Source: Felis catus
Lineage: Eukaryota
Reading direction: 5' to 3'
DNA: 64,000 nt
Assembly (NCBI RefSeq): GCF_018350175.1
Contig: NC_058368.1
Span: forward strand, 103,852,001 to 103,916,000
This document shows positions 23,800 to 35,400 of the stretch, piece by piece. Every line of letters begins with the position of its first letter. Position 1 is the first letter of the stretch. The notes under the pieces were generated by a model. It was not told the origin of the DNA. It made no database searches and saw only the letters and a program-made list of their open reading frames with translations. The translations under genes and the position numbers were made by a program.

Positions 23800-24361
23800 A
23801 GTTTTTTTATTTTTATTAGTTCTCTTGTCATTCATAATAAATTAATAGAATTCTGGTTTTTCTAGCTTTCCGAAGAGATTTCATGAAACATATGAAACAG
23901 CTTAGAAACTAGCTTATTTTACAAAGAAGTGACACATTTTTAAGAGAATAAAGAGAAGGAAAGTCTTGGTTTCTGAGCATATGCACATATATATCATTTG
24001 AGGGACTCCCCAAGTATAATAGAAACCACTTAACAAAGATCAAACCACATTCTTTCGTTGTTTCCTGTCCCTATATCATTGTGCTGACACATTGGAGACT
24101 GTTATCCCCATTGAGTGAGTATAAAAATGAAGAAAATTTCTCCCTAATAGTAAATGTACCATCTTGCTCATTTTAGCATTTTATCTAATATTAGGGGCAA
24201 AAGTGGAAACAACTTCAAATACTCAAGTAAGAACTTCAGAGGGAGTACGCAGTTTGCATTATAATGTATACCTGTAATAAAATAGCAAAGTGCTTTTAAA
24301 AAAAAACATTAAGGGAGGAAAACAATTATATTTATAATTTAAATGAAATTCTGCATCCTTC

Positions 24362-24565
24362 ATTTTTTAATTAATTTAATTTTTTAAATTAATTACTCTA
24401 TTTATTTATTTTTAGAGAGACAGCACAAGCAGGGGAAGGGCAGGGGGAGAAGGAGAGAGAGTGGGGAGAGCCCCATGCGGGGCTCAATCTCATGACCGTG
24501 AGATCATGACCTGATCCAAAATTGAGACTTGGTCATTTGCCCAACTGAGTCACTCAGGCACCCCC
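24362..24565 (-). mobile_element. Can-SINE with internal deletion
   Basis: Reverse head and tail present, middle shortened. Confidence 0.8.
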
Positions 24566-25094
24566 GAAATTCTTCATTTTTAAAGGAGTATAATTTTTCC
24601 ATGATCTACCTGGTTCAAATCCTATTTGATCTTTATAAAGATAGAAAAAAAGACCATGTTCAATCTTTTCAGATGCCCAGCCAACTATTTTCTCTATTAA
24701 TGGTCTCTAATTTTCAGCCAACAGAAATAGATTCTGCTACAACATTTTTCTTCACTGTCGCCATCCCCAAATTCCTTATTTTTTCTGGTGCCCTCAGTGA
24801 GCACAAGATTTGATTAACACTAATTACTAGCATTTTTGTTCTACCAGCTTACCAATATTAAAAATATAATGGGGCTTCATCAAATATATTTGCAATGGCA
24901 TAAAACTTATTATAGCATATTTCTACACAGACAGAAGTGTAAACATTAAAAACTGAAAAAAAATTAATATAACACTGTATGTTAACTACACTGGAATTAA
25001 AATTAAATTTAAAAAGAATATTCTACATTTTGGTATCAGTGGTGGTTACAAAGAAACAAATGCATAAAATTTTTTCAAACTATACACACAAATT

Positions 25095-25297
25095 TTTGTT
25101 TAAGTTTTTATTTATTTATTTTGAGAGAGAGAGATAGAGAGACGGGAAGGGGAAGAGAGAGAGAAAGAATCCCAAGCAGGCTCCACACTGCCAGCACAGA
25201 GCCCGATGTGGGGCTGAACTCTGGAACCATGAGATCAAGACCTGGGGTGAAAATCAACAGTTGGGCGCTTAACCGACTGAGCCACCCAGGCACCCCC
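25095..25297 (-). mobile_element. Can-SINE
   Basis: GAATCCCAAGCAGGCTCCACACTG..GAGCCACCCAGGCACCCC. Confidence 0.9.
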
Positions 25298-25699
25298 ACA
25301 CAAGTATTTTAAACCACAATTAAGGGAACAAGTGTTTACAATGATTATCTGATTATAGACATGGGTGATTCTTCTTTTTTCTGTATCTCTTTCCAAATTT
25401 TATACAAAGAATAAATGTCTTTTCTGTAATGAAAAAAAAGTGATCAATATGAATAGAACATATCTCAGAAAAAGAAGCCATAAGAGGGATATTCAACAAG
25501 AGTTGGATCATGGATGAATTTTTTCAGACCTTTAATAAACAGGTATTTTGATCCTATGTATACTTTCCCAGGCCATAAAGAAATTTTACAGAGCCATCAT
25601 AAGAATGATACTAAACTTAATAAATACAGCATAAAAAATAAACTACTAGCCAATCTTTTTATGATTATATATGTACAGGTGCTAAATTAAATATTAGCA

Positions 25700-25915
25700 G
25701 GGGAGCCTGGGTGGCTCAGTCGGTTAAGCGTCCGACTTCGGCTCAGGTCATGATCTCACAGCTCGTGGGTTCGAGCCCCGCATCAGGCTCTATACTGATG
25801 GCTCAGAACCTGGAGCCTGCTTTGGATTCTGTGTCTCCCTCTCTCTCTGCCCCTCTCCTGCTCATGCTCTGTCTCTGTCTCTCTCAAAAGTAAATAAACA
25901 TTAAAAAAAATTTTT
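25700..25915 (+). mobile_element. Can-SINE inserted in an old L1 ORF2 remnant (~25500-27040)
   Basis: Full SINE flanked by AATATTAGCA on both sides; surrounding sequence is L1-like. Confidence 0.88.
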
Positions 25916-26516
25916 GTAATATTAGCATATGGATTTAAGGAGTTTTATTAACAAATTATAATGCCACGACCAAATAAGATTCTTATCAGGAATAAAAGGA
26001 GAGTTGAACACTGAAAGGCTGTTGGATGTAATACCTAATTATTTATAAAATTCATGATTATAGATGTAAGAACTCAAAGATATTTTCCTTAAAAAGCTAT
26101 TAAAATCGTGTGAAAAGATGTAAACTGTTTGACTAAAATCAATTGCACAAAAAACAGATTTCCTATGTAAAAATAAGGTATAAATTAAGCAATAAATGAG
26201 TAGAAACTACAATTTTTAAAAGTGTAAGTGGGGATAGAGGGAGATAAAAGAAATCTTAAATAGGAAGACCTATTTTTAGGGGTGATTAGGGAATTATGAA
26301 GCCTCTTGAAATTACTCTAAGATACGATGTAATATAACAAAATTCCTGCAGAATTTCTTTCCTTTTTTCCTGCCTTTCTTTTTTCTTTTGCTTGTTTTCA
26401 CCTTGACAAAAAAAGAAAAAATCATTCCAAAGTTTACTTGAAAGAATTAATGTTTTAAAATTTAGGCCAGGAAAAAAAAGTATTAACAAAAAGGTCTAAT
26501 GACAAGTATAAATATA

Positions 26517-26848
26517 CACTTGATCTTGAACAACACAGGTTTGAACTGCACAGATCCACTCATACACAGACTTTTTTATATCAGTACAGTATAGTATTAT
26601 AAACCTATATTCTCTTCCTTATGATTTTCTTAATAACATTTTCTTTTCTCTAGCCTACTTTATTGTAAGAATACAGTATAGAATACATATAACATACCAA
26701 ATATGTGTTAATGTTATGTTGACGGTAAGGTTTCTGGTCAACAGTAGATTATCAGTGTTAAGTTTTGGGTGAGCCAAAAGTTACAGGCAGATTTCAAACT
26801 TGCAGGGTATTGGCACCCCTAACCCTGACATTGTCCATGAGTCAATTG
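26517..26848. mobile_element. Tigger2-like (TcMar) MITE
   Basis: TA-flanked; TIRs CACTTGATCTTGAACAAC.. / ..TTGTCCATGAGTCAATTG; internal TTTTCTCTAGCCTACTTTATTGTAAGAATACAGTATA. Confidence 0.85.
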
Positions 26849-27045
26849 TACATTATAAAACTGTAATAATTAAAACAACATGGCATCGCATGGAGGGAGA
26901 ATTGGATCAATAGAACAGAATTTTTAAATCTATAGAAAACCCCAAGTATTATTGTTAGTTTATCATCTAATGAAGGAGGTATTTCCATGAGAAAATGCTA
27001 GACCAGAAAAAGCATGGGGACAACTTATTAGTTATTTAAAAGGTT

Positions 27046-27262
27046 GGGGCACGTGGATGGCTCAGTCCATTAAGCGTCCAACTTCGGCTCAGGTCATGAT
27101 CTCATGGGGTTTAAATCCCGCGTCAGGATCTGTACTGACAGCTCAAAGCCTGGAGCCTGCTTCAGATTCTGTGTCTCCCTCTCTCTCTGCCCCTCCTCTG
27201 CTCTCTGTCTCTCTCTCTCAAAAATAAATATTTAAGAAAATAATAATAAAAAAACTAAAATA
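27046..27262 (+). mobile_element. Can-SINE
   Basis: Full element. Confidence 0.9.
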
Positions 27263-27264
27263 AT

Positions 27265-27722
27265 AAAACATGTCCACAAATTCTTAGACATTCATTTTTT
27301 CCAAGATGGAGCCTAATTTCTGTCCCCTTGAGTGTGGGCTGGATTTGGTGATTCACTTCTAAAAAACTTAGGGTAGAAATGGCAATGACTTCCGAGACTA
27401 AGCCATACAAGACATTGTGCCTTTCCTCTTGATCTTGGATCATGTTCTATACAAAACATCAGTTGCCATGTCAAGGACACTCAGCCCTCTGGAGAGGAAG
27501 CAAATCCTTTGTCAAAAGCCAGCACCAATGTGCCTGCTTGGATGTGGACACTTTAGCTCTAGTGAAGGCCAGCAGACCCATGAAAGAACAGGAGACCAAC
27601 TATCCTGTAGAAGTTTCCCTAAGTTCCTGACTTGTGGAAACCACTCAAGATAGTAAATGTTACTGTGATTTTAAGCAGCTATATTTTCAGAAATTTTGTT
27701 ACCTATGTATCTAAGTAATACA
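27265..27722 (+). mobile_element. MLT1 (MaLR) solo LTR
   Basis: CCACAAATTCTTAGACA..GATGGAGCCTAATTTCTGTCCCCTTGAGTGTGGGCTGGA..TTCCTGAC..AGATAGTAAATGTTACTG..TTTTAAGCAGCTA. Confidence 0.75.
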
Positions 27723-27829
27723 TATCTATGTATCTATTGTATCTAGATAATAGATACAATCTACGTAATAGATAAGTAATAGATATCTATGTAATATCTA
27801 CGTATCTATGTAATAGATAAGCAATATAC

Positions 27830-28720
27830 TTCTTGATTTTTATTATTATAAATATCCCTATAAAGAAATGTGTGTGTTTATGTATTTATATATAATTGCA
27901 CTCTTGTGTGAACATATCTGTGGGTTAAATTCCTGGATATGGAATTTTTTGAATCAAGAGGTTTGCATCCTAAACATTTTGGTATATATGACAAGTTATC
28001 TTCCAAAAAGTAAATAAATTTATACCTCCCTTTGTTCACAATATTGTTAACAAAGGGTATTAAGTATTTTTAATTTTTTGCCAAATTGATAGATATTTGT
28101 TTTAATTTGCATCTCTTTAAGTGACAGGTTGAATATTTATAAGACTATCTGGCCATTTGTAGATCAAATGTTTGCCTAGTTTTCATTCTGGTTCTCAGCC
28201 TTTCATTGATTCGTAAGTGCTGTCTGTAGTTGAAAATTTGCTTTTCGTTATAGCTGCGAATCATTTTCCCAAGTTGTCTTTGCGTTTTGACTTTAAATCA
28301 AACTTAAAATCTACTAGGGGCGCCTGGGTGGCTCAGTCAGTTAAGCGTACGACTACGGCGTCTGACTCACAAACTGTGAGTTCGAGCCCTGCGTTGGGCT
28401 CTGTGCTGACATCTCAGAGCCTGGAGCCTGTTGTGGATTCTGTCTCCCTTTCTCTTTGCCCCTCCCCCACTCATACTCTGTCTCTGTCTCTCTGAAAAAT
28501 AAATAAACATTAAAAAAAAGAATTTAAAAAATCTATTAAAAACTTTATTAAACAATTAGTCTATTAAAAGCTCTATTAAACTTTTTTCTGTATAGATTTA
28601 TTTTTACAAAATAGGTGACCAAATTTATTTATCTTTTTATTTATGGGTTCTGGAGTTGTGGCATTCTTTGAAAGGCCTTCTTCATTCCAATACTATATTG
28701 AATCCACGGATTTTTTCCAT
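27830..28720 (-). mobile_element. Old L1M(E) remnant containing a + strand Can-SINE (~28317-28530)
   Basis: TTTTAATTTTTGCCAAATTGATAG..TTTTAATTTGCATCTCTTTAA..GGCCATTTG..TTGAAAGGCCTTC. Confidence 0.65.
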
Positions 28721-28721
28721 A

Positions 28722-28841
28722 TTTCTTTTTTTTTTCATTTTTTTTCATTTTTTAATTTTTTAAATTTATTTATTTTTGACCATGAGGTCATGACCTGAGC
28801 CAAAGCTGGAGACTTAACCAACTGAGCCACCCAGGCGCCCC
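28722..28841 (-). mobile_element. Can-SINE with most of the body deleted
   Basis: T-rich tail joined directly to CCATGAGGTCATGACCTGAGC..CCAGGCGCCCC. Confidence 0.8.
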
Positions 28842-29004
28842 TTGTGAACGTATTTTAAAATCACTAGTAAAAAACTTAAATATTTATGAATGAAAGGCTG
28901 ATTAAATCAATCATAACCATTATCTCTAAATATTTTTACAGCCTATTCCTTCAGTAAAAAAAAAAAGAAAGATAATTTAAACACATAATCCTGATATGAA
29001 AACA

Positions 29005-29190
29005 TGAATTATTATATTTATTTATAATAATTAAATATACATTATAACTGTTACTTTTATATTATTGTTTTATATTATATATAATTGTATATAATTATGC
29101 ATAATATAATTAAATACAATTAAATATATAATTACATAATTAAATATAAATTATTATTTTTATTTTATCTTATACTTATATACATATACC
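29005..29190. repeat. AT-rich low-complexity tract
   Basis: Nearly all A/T, with TATAAT/ATAATTAA units. Confidence 0.85.
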
Positions 29191-29515
29191 CTTGATAACA
29201 TAGTGTGTATGCTACAAAATAGACACAAAAAAAATTTCCTCTTCAATGAGATAAACCTGAGTGGAAGAGCTAATAATATTTTCTTCCCACTTCCCAGTGA
29301 ATCATCTTGAGGTGAATGTATGTACTTAAGGGACCACTGAAATAAATGTAGTCATTGAAAAATGAAATGACTCTATGAATACAAATGAGAGAAAGCATCC
29401 AAATCAGAAAAGCAAAATGGTAAACATCAGGTATCAGTTGATTCCATCTTTGTGAATAAAGAGCACACACATAGATGCTTACACACACACATAAAATAAA
29501 TGCAAAACTGTAAGA

Positions 29516-29704
29516 GGGGCACCTGAGCGGCTCAGTCGGTTACAAGGCAGACTCTGGCTCAGATCATGATGTTGCAGTTCGTGAGTCAGCGCAGAGCTTG
29601 CTTGGGATCCTCTGTCCCCCTCTCTCTCTGCACCTCCCCTGCTCATGCACCCTCTACACTCTCTCTCCCCAAAATAAACAAACATTAAAAAAAAATTTTT
29701 TTTA
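29516..29704 (+). mobile_element. Can-SINE
   Basis: Head, CT-rich body and tail; internal deletion. Confidence 0.85.
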
Positions 29705-29859
29705 AGCCAGAAAAGAAACTTAAGAAAGGTTATCTCTGGAAATCAGATTTAATCAGAATAGAGATGAGGGAAAAAAGCTTCATTTATCTTTTGATTCACT
29801 TCTATAACTTTTGAACTTAATATGCACATGTTTTCATTTTGATAATTACTTTCATTCTT

Positions 29860-31570
29860 TAAAGAAAATATATGCAAATTCACATAAATAAAAGCAGTGC
29901 AACAAAAAATGAGTGAAGAACATGAAAAAATGGTTCTCAGGGGAAAAAATGTATAAAAATGCCTCTTGAGGGGTGCCTGGGTGGCTCAGTAGGTTAAGAG
30001 TCTGACTTTGGTTCAGGTCATGATCTCACGGTTCATCGGTTCGAGCCCACATCAGGCTCTGTGGTGACGGCTCGGAGCCTGGAGCCTGCTTCGGATTCTG
30101 TGTCTCCCTCTCTCTCTGCCCTCCCCCAATCATACTGTCTCTCTCTCCCTCTCTCTCTCTCAAAAACAAATTTAAAAAAAATTTTTTTAAATGTTTTAAA
30201 ATGTCTCTTGAACATTTTTTTTTCATGTCCAGTTTCATGTAAAAGAAGTGAAATGTAAATCAAAACTACACAGAAATAGCACTTTTCATCGACCAGATTG
30301 GCAAATACCCTGAAGTTTGATAACATACCGACTTGGTAAGGGGGAAAGTCACTTTCATTCATTGTTGTGAAGACTCTAAATGAATATAACCCCCCTGGAG
30401 GGCCTTTTGGCAACATCTACCAAAATTTAAAATGCACATACCCTTTAACCCAGCAAAGCTACTTCATGAAATTAATCCTACAGGCATATGCAAATAACAT
30501 ATGTCCAAGGTTATTTGTTGCAGGATGGTTAATAATAGCAAAAGATGAGGTTGTCGTCGTCGTTGTTGCTGTTTTTAAATTCCAGAAGCAAACTTTATTT
30601 ACTGTATAAGTATCTTCACCTCAGGTGGCTTCACAGAAGCACCCAACCAGGTTTCTGGCTTTCTCTTGAATTACACTTTAGTCAGCAGTGGCATGTGTAA
30701 TATTTTATCTTGCTCAGTTTTGTCTCTCGTTAAAACAGTTCATGAATCACATTTTATGGTTTCCATATAGGTTAGAGAATGAGTTCATTTGCATAGAGAT
30801 TGAGTCCCTGCCGAATTTAGGAGACCACCTTTAAAATGTATCTCAAAACTCCTATCTTCTTGCTAAAACCCCCTTTCTAATATCACCTCCATCCCTACCT
30901 CCTTTTTTTTCATTCTAATTTCTTTCCGTCATCAAAACCAACAGCTGACATTTTTCTCAAGGCCATTTTCACAAGTCAAACAGATTTTCATTACTATGAA
31001 AGCTATTGCCTGAAGAGCTGCAAACTAGAAAGCCACATTAGGGTGTGTGTCGTGGGCCACGGGCTGAACTCATTCATTAGCTGGGCAACTCAGTCCCCAG
31101 CCTCCATCTTGCCCCAGCAGAATCCCAGATTACTACAGCAATGGAATGTCTTCTGACAAACAGCTAACTCTGCAAACGGTAAGCTTACGAATGCCAAGGG
31201 TTTGCTCGCGGAAGATGAGTATCAACCTCAATGTCCATTAACAGGTGTCAAGTACGATAAATTACAGTAAATCCTTTCTATGAATTACAAGACAGCGATT
31301 GGAGTAAAATCCTCTTTACATATACGTATATAAGCTCAAAAATATTATTAATTAAAAAAAGAAAAAGCAAGGTCAGAACCGGGTGCTACCATTTGGAAAA
31401 CAAAGTGGGGAGGATATGTATTCACATGTGCTTATTTACATATAAAATCACTGGAAGGAGACAGAAGAAACTAAATGTCAGTGGGGAACAAATCTGAATG
31501 GCAGGTAGGCAGAGGGGAGAGGCAGACATTTCACTCTTCATACTTTTCCGATCTTTGATCCATTAAAATT
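29860..31570 (+). mobile_element. Old L1M(E) 3' region, interrupted by a Can-SINE (~29970-30190) and a retrocopy (30550-31211)
   Basis: AAATGTAAATCAAAACTACA..CCAGATTGGCAAA..TTTGATAACA..AAAATGCACATACCCTTTAACCCAGC..AATAATAGCAAAAGA | CAACCTCAATGTCCATTAACAGG. Confidence 0.75.
30550..31211 (-). pseudogene. 5'-truncated retrocopy of an unidentified polyadenylated RNA (3'UTR-like, no ORF)
   Basis: Flanked by AAGATGAG at 30542-30549 and 31212-31219; minus-strand AATAAA (30594-30599) 17 nt from a decayed A-rich tail (30550-30576); host L1 is continuous across the insertion. Confidence 0.7.
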
Positions 31571-31634
31571 AATACAATAACAAAGTACAGGATAATGATA
31601 TTGGCTAACACTTAATTAAGAGTCACTTGCCTTA

Positions 31635-31811
31635 GGGTGCCTGGGTGGCTCAGTCAGTTAAGTGACTCTTGATTTCAACTCAGGGCATGACCTCACCTCA
31701 CCATTCATGGGTTCGAGCCCCACATCACACTCTGCGCTGGGATTCTCTCTCTGCCCCTCCCCCGCATGTGCTGTCTCTGTCTCTCTCTCCAAAACAATAA
31801 ATAAAGCTTAA
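31635..31811 (+). mobile_element. Can-SINE (older type)
   Basis: Head with ACTCTTGATTTCAACTCAGG; lacks the GCTCAGAGCCTGGAGCC segment. Confidence 0.88.
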
Positions 31812-31846
31812 TTTTTTTAAGCTTTATTTATTGTTTTGGAGAGAGA
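31782..31846. repeat. Perfect 30 bp inverted repeat with 5 nt T loop
   Basis: 31782-31811 TCTCTCTCCAAAACAATAAATAAAGCTTAA is the exact reverse complement of 31817-31846. Confidence 0.95.
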
Positions 31847-32020
31847 CACAGAGCATGAGCAGGGGAGGAACAGAGAGAGAGGGAGACACAGAATCCAAAG
31901 CAGGCTCCATGCTCTGAGCTGGCAGCACAGAGCCTGATGCAAGGCTAGAACCAATGAACCACAAGATCATGACCTGAGCCGAAGTCGGACGCTTAACCGA
32001 CCGAGCCACCCAGGCGCCCC
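31817..32020 (-). mobile_element. Can-SINE (SINEC_Fc-type)
   Basis: AAGCAGGCTCCATGCTCTGAGCT..GAAGTCGGACGCTTAACCGACCGAGCCACCCAGGCGCCCC. Confidence 0.92.
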
Positions 32021-32039
32021 CAAAAAAATCTGTTTTAAT

Positions 32040-32225
32040 ACTCACTTGCCTCGTGCTAGACACTCTATTGTTTTATATATTATTGGATTTAGTTCACACA
32101 TTTCACAGATGAGGAAACTGAAGCCCAGAGAGACTAAAAAGGAGCCCAAGACCTGCCAGTGGTCAGGGGTGGGCCTACTATATTCTCCCAGGATTCCTGG
32201 GCCAGATTCTATGCTACCTCCCAAC
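32040..32225 (+). mobile_element. MIR (left part precedes the SINE pair at ~31600)
   Basis: CATTTCACAGATGAGGAAACTGAAGCCCAGAGAGACTAAAA core. Confidence 0.75.
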
Positions 32226-32330
32226 TAGAAAGATGTTAACAGTAACATTTTGGTAGAAGACACTCAGTCTTCATACCAGTCAACAGTCATCAATACAGAA
32301 GTGATTTTTTTTTTTCAGGGACAGTATCTT

Positions 32331-32550
32331 TTTAAATTTTTTTTTTCAACGTTTTATTTATTTTTGGGACAGAGAGAGACAGAGCATGAACGGGGGAGGG
32401 GCAGAGAGAGAGGGAGACACAGAATCGGAAACAGGCTCCAGGCTCTGAGCCATCAGCCCAGAGCCCGACGCGGGGCTCGAACCCACGGACCGCGAGATCG
32501 TGACCTGGCTGAAGTCGGACGCTTAACCGACTGAGCCACGCAGGCGCCCC
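32331..32550 (-). mobile_element. Can-SINE (young SINEC_Fc type, perfect TSD)
   Basis: 17 bp TSD TTCAGGGACAGTATCTT at 32314-32330 and 32551-32567; CpGs retained. Confidence 0.95.
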
Positions 32551-33184
32551 TTCAGGGACAGTATCTTAAAAGACTTCATGGGTGATATTTGAAGGAGTCA
32601 CCAGAAATGCACCAGAACTGCAACGAAGAGACTCTGCCATGACTTTGATTTCTCTTGGGTTTCGTTTCCACATATAGAAGATGGACTAAGGAAATATCCA
32701 AGCTTCCTTTCAAAATCCAAACCCAAGATGGGATGCAAGTCACCTGGACGATGACGAGCCCTCCGGCATTTGAGGGGCCACCCTTTTCTGTAAAGCCAAG
32801 TCAAGTGGTTTACGGGCCTACCCCAACCCATGGCGGAGGCTAGCCTCCCCACCTCTTCCCCTTTCCAAAGGTCATATTTCATGTGTAAAGCAACAATTGT
32901 TCTTTTGCACCCAACCGTAGCCAGACCACGAGAAAGCCTTATTCTCTGCTGCTGCCACTGACCTGCATGTGCTACAGGGGGCACATGCTACATGGTCACT
33001 GCTACGAGCCTGGACACTGCACGTCTCTTTATCCCACTACCACACCATTCAACAAGAAACATTTTCAGGCATTACTGAAAGAATATAAAACAAGACAGGA
33101 ACGGCTATAAAGCAATAATGAGGCCTTACTGCCCATGTAGCAATTTGAATCCTTTGCAGCATGAGGGGCTGAGGCAGTGCCTAT

Positions 33185-33383
33185 TTCTTTCTTTCTTTAA
33201 TGTTTACTTATTTTTGAGACAGAGAGAGACAGCCGAGGAGATGCAGGGAGAGAGAGAACAAAGGATGCGAAGCAAGCTCCACACTGACAGCAGAGAACCT
33301 GATGTGGGGCTCGAACCCATGAACTGTGAGATCATGACCTGAGCCAAAGTCAGAAGGTTAAGGACTGAGCCACCCAGACGCCT
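33185..33383 (-). mobile_element. Can-SINE
   Basis: Reverse-oriented element. Confidence 0.88.
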
Positions 33384-35349
33384 CTGTTTAGAATAGGCAA
33401 CACCTATTCCTAATGCAGAAACAGGAGAAGCTCTCCTCATTCTTAAAGGTACAGTAATTCGTAGTTAGAAGAGGGACTTTTAAGTCAGAGAAGATTGGTT
33501 TCAGTCTGTGTGTTTCCCCGTGGGCTCCACGTAGTAGAATGCCCAAGGAAGTGTCTACCTGGGAGGGTTCATGAGTTTCCTTGTATTTAATCACCCATCC
33601 CCTGAAGGTCATAAACTCAATAAAGAAGGAGAAAACAGCTTCTCTTGTTTCTCCTGATTAAAACATCATCTCTGTAATAGGTGAAAGCAAAGCCTTCAAG
33701 TTACCAAGTGATTTAAAATCCCTTCTATCAACAGTGTGACAGAAAGCAAGAAAATTTACACACCCTTGGGGCAAGATAGTGGAAATATATTACTGTCCTA
33801 TGGAGGTAAATGCAAATTGCTACTGGTGATTTTTTTTTTTTTTAAGTACAGAGGTAGGAGTAAACGCACTGGTCAAATCTCATAACAAGTATTACAGGGC
33901 ACATGGTAGATCTTTTCCAGAAATAAAACGACTTCAAATCTTGTATTAGGAAAGGTAGGAATGATTTCATCATATCAATGATGCAACCTACAGTTAGTCT
34001 CTCAAAATCATTTCAAATGATCACATGGAGAAGCCAAAGGGCAAAATAAGTTGCCTAAATGGCATCTTGAATGATATTGACGGTCTCTCAGATTACCTCC
34101 AGCGTTCCATATTATTTTGCATTAACTCTTCCAGATAAGTACCTAAATTATGGTAAACAGTGTAAATTCTAGCACTGTCCTCTTAGAACTTCCATCCACT
34201 GCTGTTTTAAATCACTCAAGTCCATTCTTATATGGCAGCTGGCATTCTCCTTGACTTTAACAGATGAAAAGATAATTAGGGAAACTAATGGCTGTTTTTC
34301 CTACCTCAAGCACCTATTTTTGTAGGCCCATCACCTCCCCCTCCAACCCCCAAATGAAGATATTCTATAATATTTCCTTCAGAATTTGTCGGGCTTTCCT
34401 GGTAAGTTTCAAGGGCATCTAATCTTGCATCTAGTAATTTTCCAAAGGAGAGCATGCGATAATATTCCATGCCCAGTGGACTCAAAGATGGGTATGAAGT
34501 CCAGTGTCCTAGAAAGGATGAGCAAGCACAAGATTCCCTGAAGTCAGGCCTGCGGTTAAGCCACTTTCCTGCCCCTCACCTTGGGTCCCTGGCAAGACAG
34601 CAGTGACCTTGAAGCCATTGCTTTGTCACTGGTAGGAGGCAGCCAGTGGACCTTTCACTAGCTGGGGTCCAAGATGCTGTGACTGAACCTCTGTGGTAGC
34701 AGAGTGTAATGGGGCAATCAGAATGCTTTTAGCACAACAATAGGTAGAAAGGGGTCCAAATTGGGAGCTCAGCTGCCTACCAGCTGTATAATCTTAATAA
34801 CGTGGAGATAATACTTAAATTGTGACTTCTCTTTGAGCAATAAATGAGTTTGTACTTATGAAGGACTTGGAACAGTGCCTGGCACAAAGTCACTCAATAA
34901 ATGCATTAAGTACAATTAGCTATTGATACATTATTTTTGGTTCTTCAAAGTCCGGAGGCCCTGCCATGGAACAAGCTTTTTGACTCACAGTGACATTCTT
35001 TGGGGCCAAAGCCATGAACTCTCTTGGATTAGGTGGTATGGTCCTCATTTTGTTAATGTCCTCTAAAACAGGCAGCAGGTACGTGGGTATGGGGAGTGTA
35101 ATTATCTATCCATATGAGCCAGGCATTTCTTCCTTAATCACTTGTCCAATTCAACGCTAGATGGTTTTCTAAGGATGGGGAAATTCGACCATTCCTCTAA
35201 CTGCAGCTGCCATTCTTTCTTTGCTTCCATCATCCAGTTCAGACGGATGCCCAACGAAGTCAGCTCCTGATGCAAATAGATGCCTTCTTTCCATCAGTTC
35301 TGGTCTTCACTTCCAGAGCCTGGTTGGGCAGCAGAGTGGGAGCTCCTTC

Positions 35350-35400
35350 ATGACCTGAGCCTAAGTCGGATGCTTAACTGACTGAGCCACCCAGGCACCC
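35350..35400 (-). mobile_element. Can-SINE head only (no body or tail)
   Basis: rc GGGTGCCTGGGTGGCTCAGTCAGTTAAGCATCCGACTTAGGCTCAGGTCAT, flanked by 13/16-identical direct repeats. Confidence 0.8.

Noticed and set aside
32598..32984. 128 aa minus-strand ORF in unique sequence
   Set aside because: No recognisable domain or coding-like composition; length is compatible with chance.
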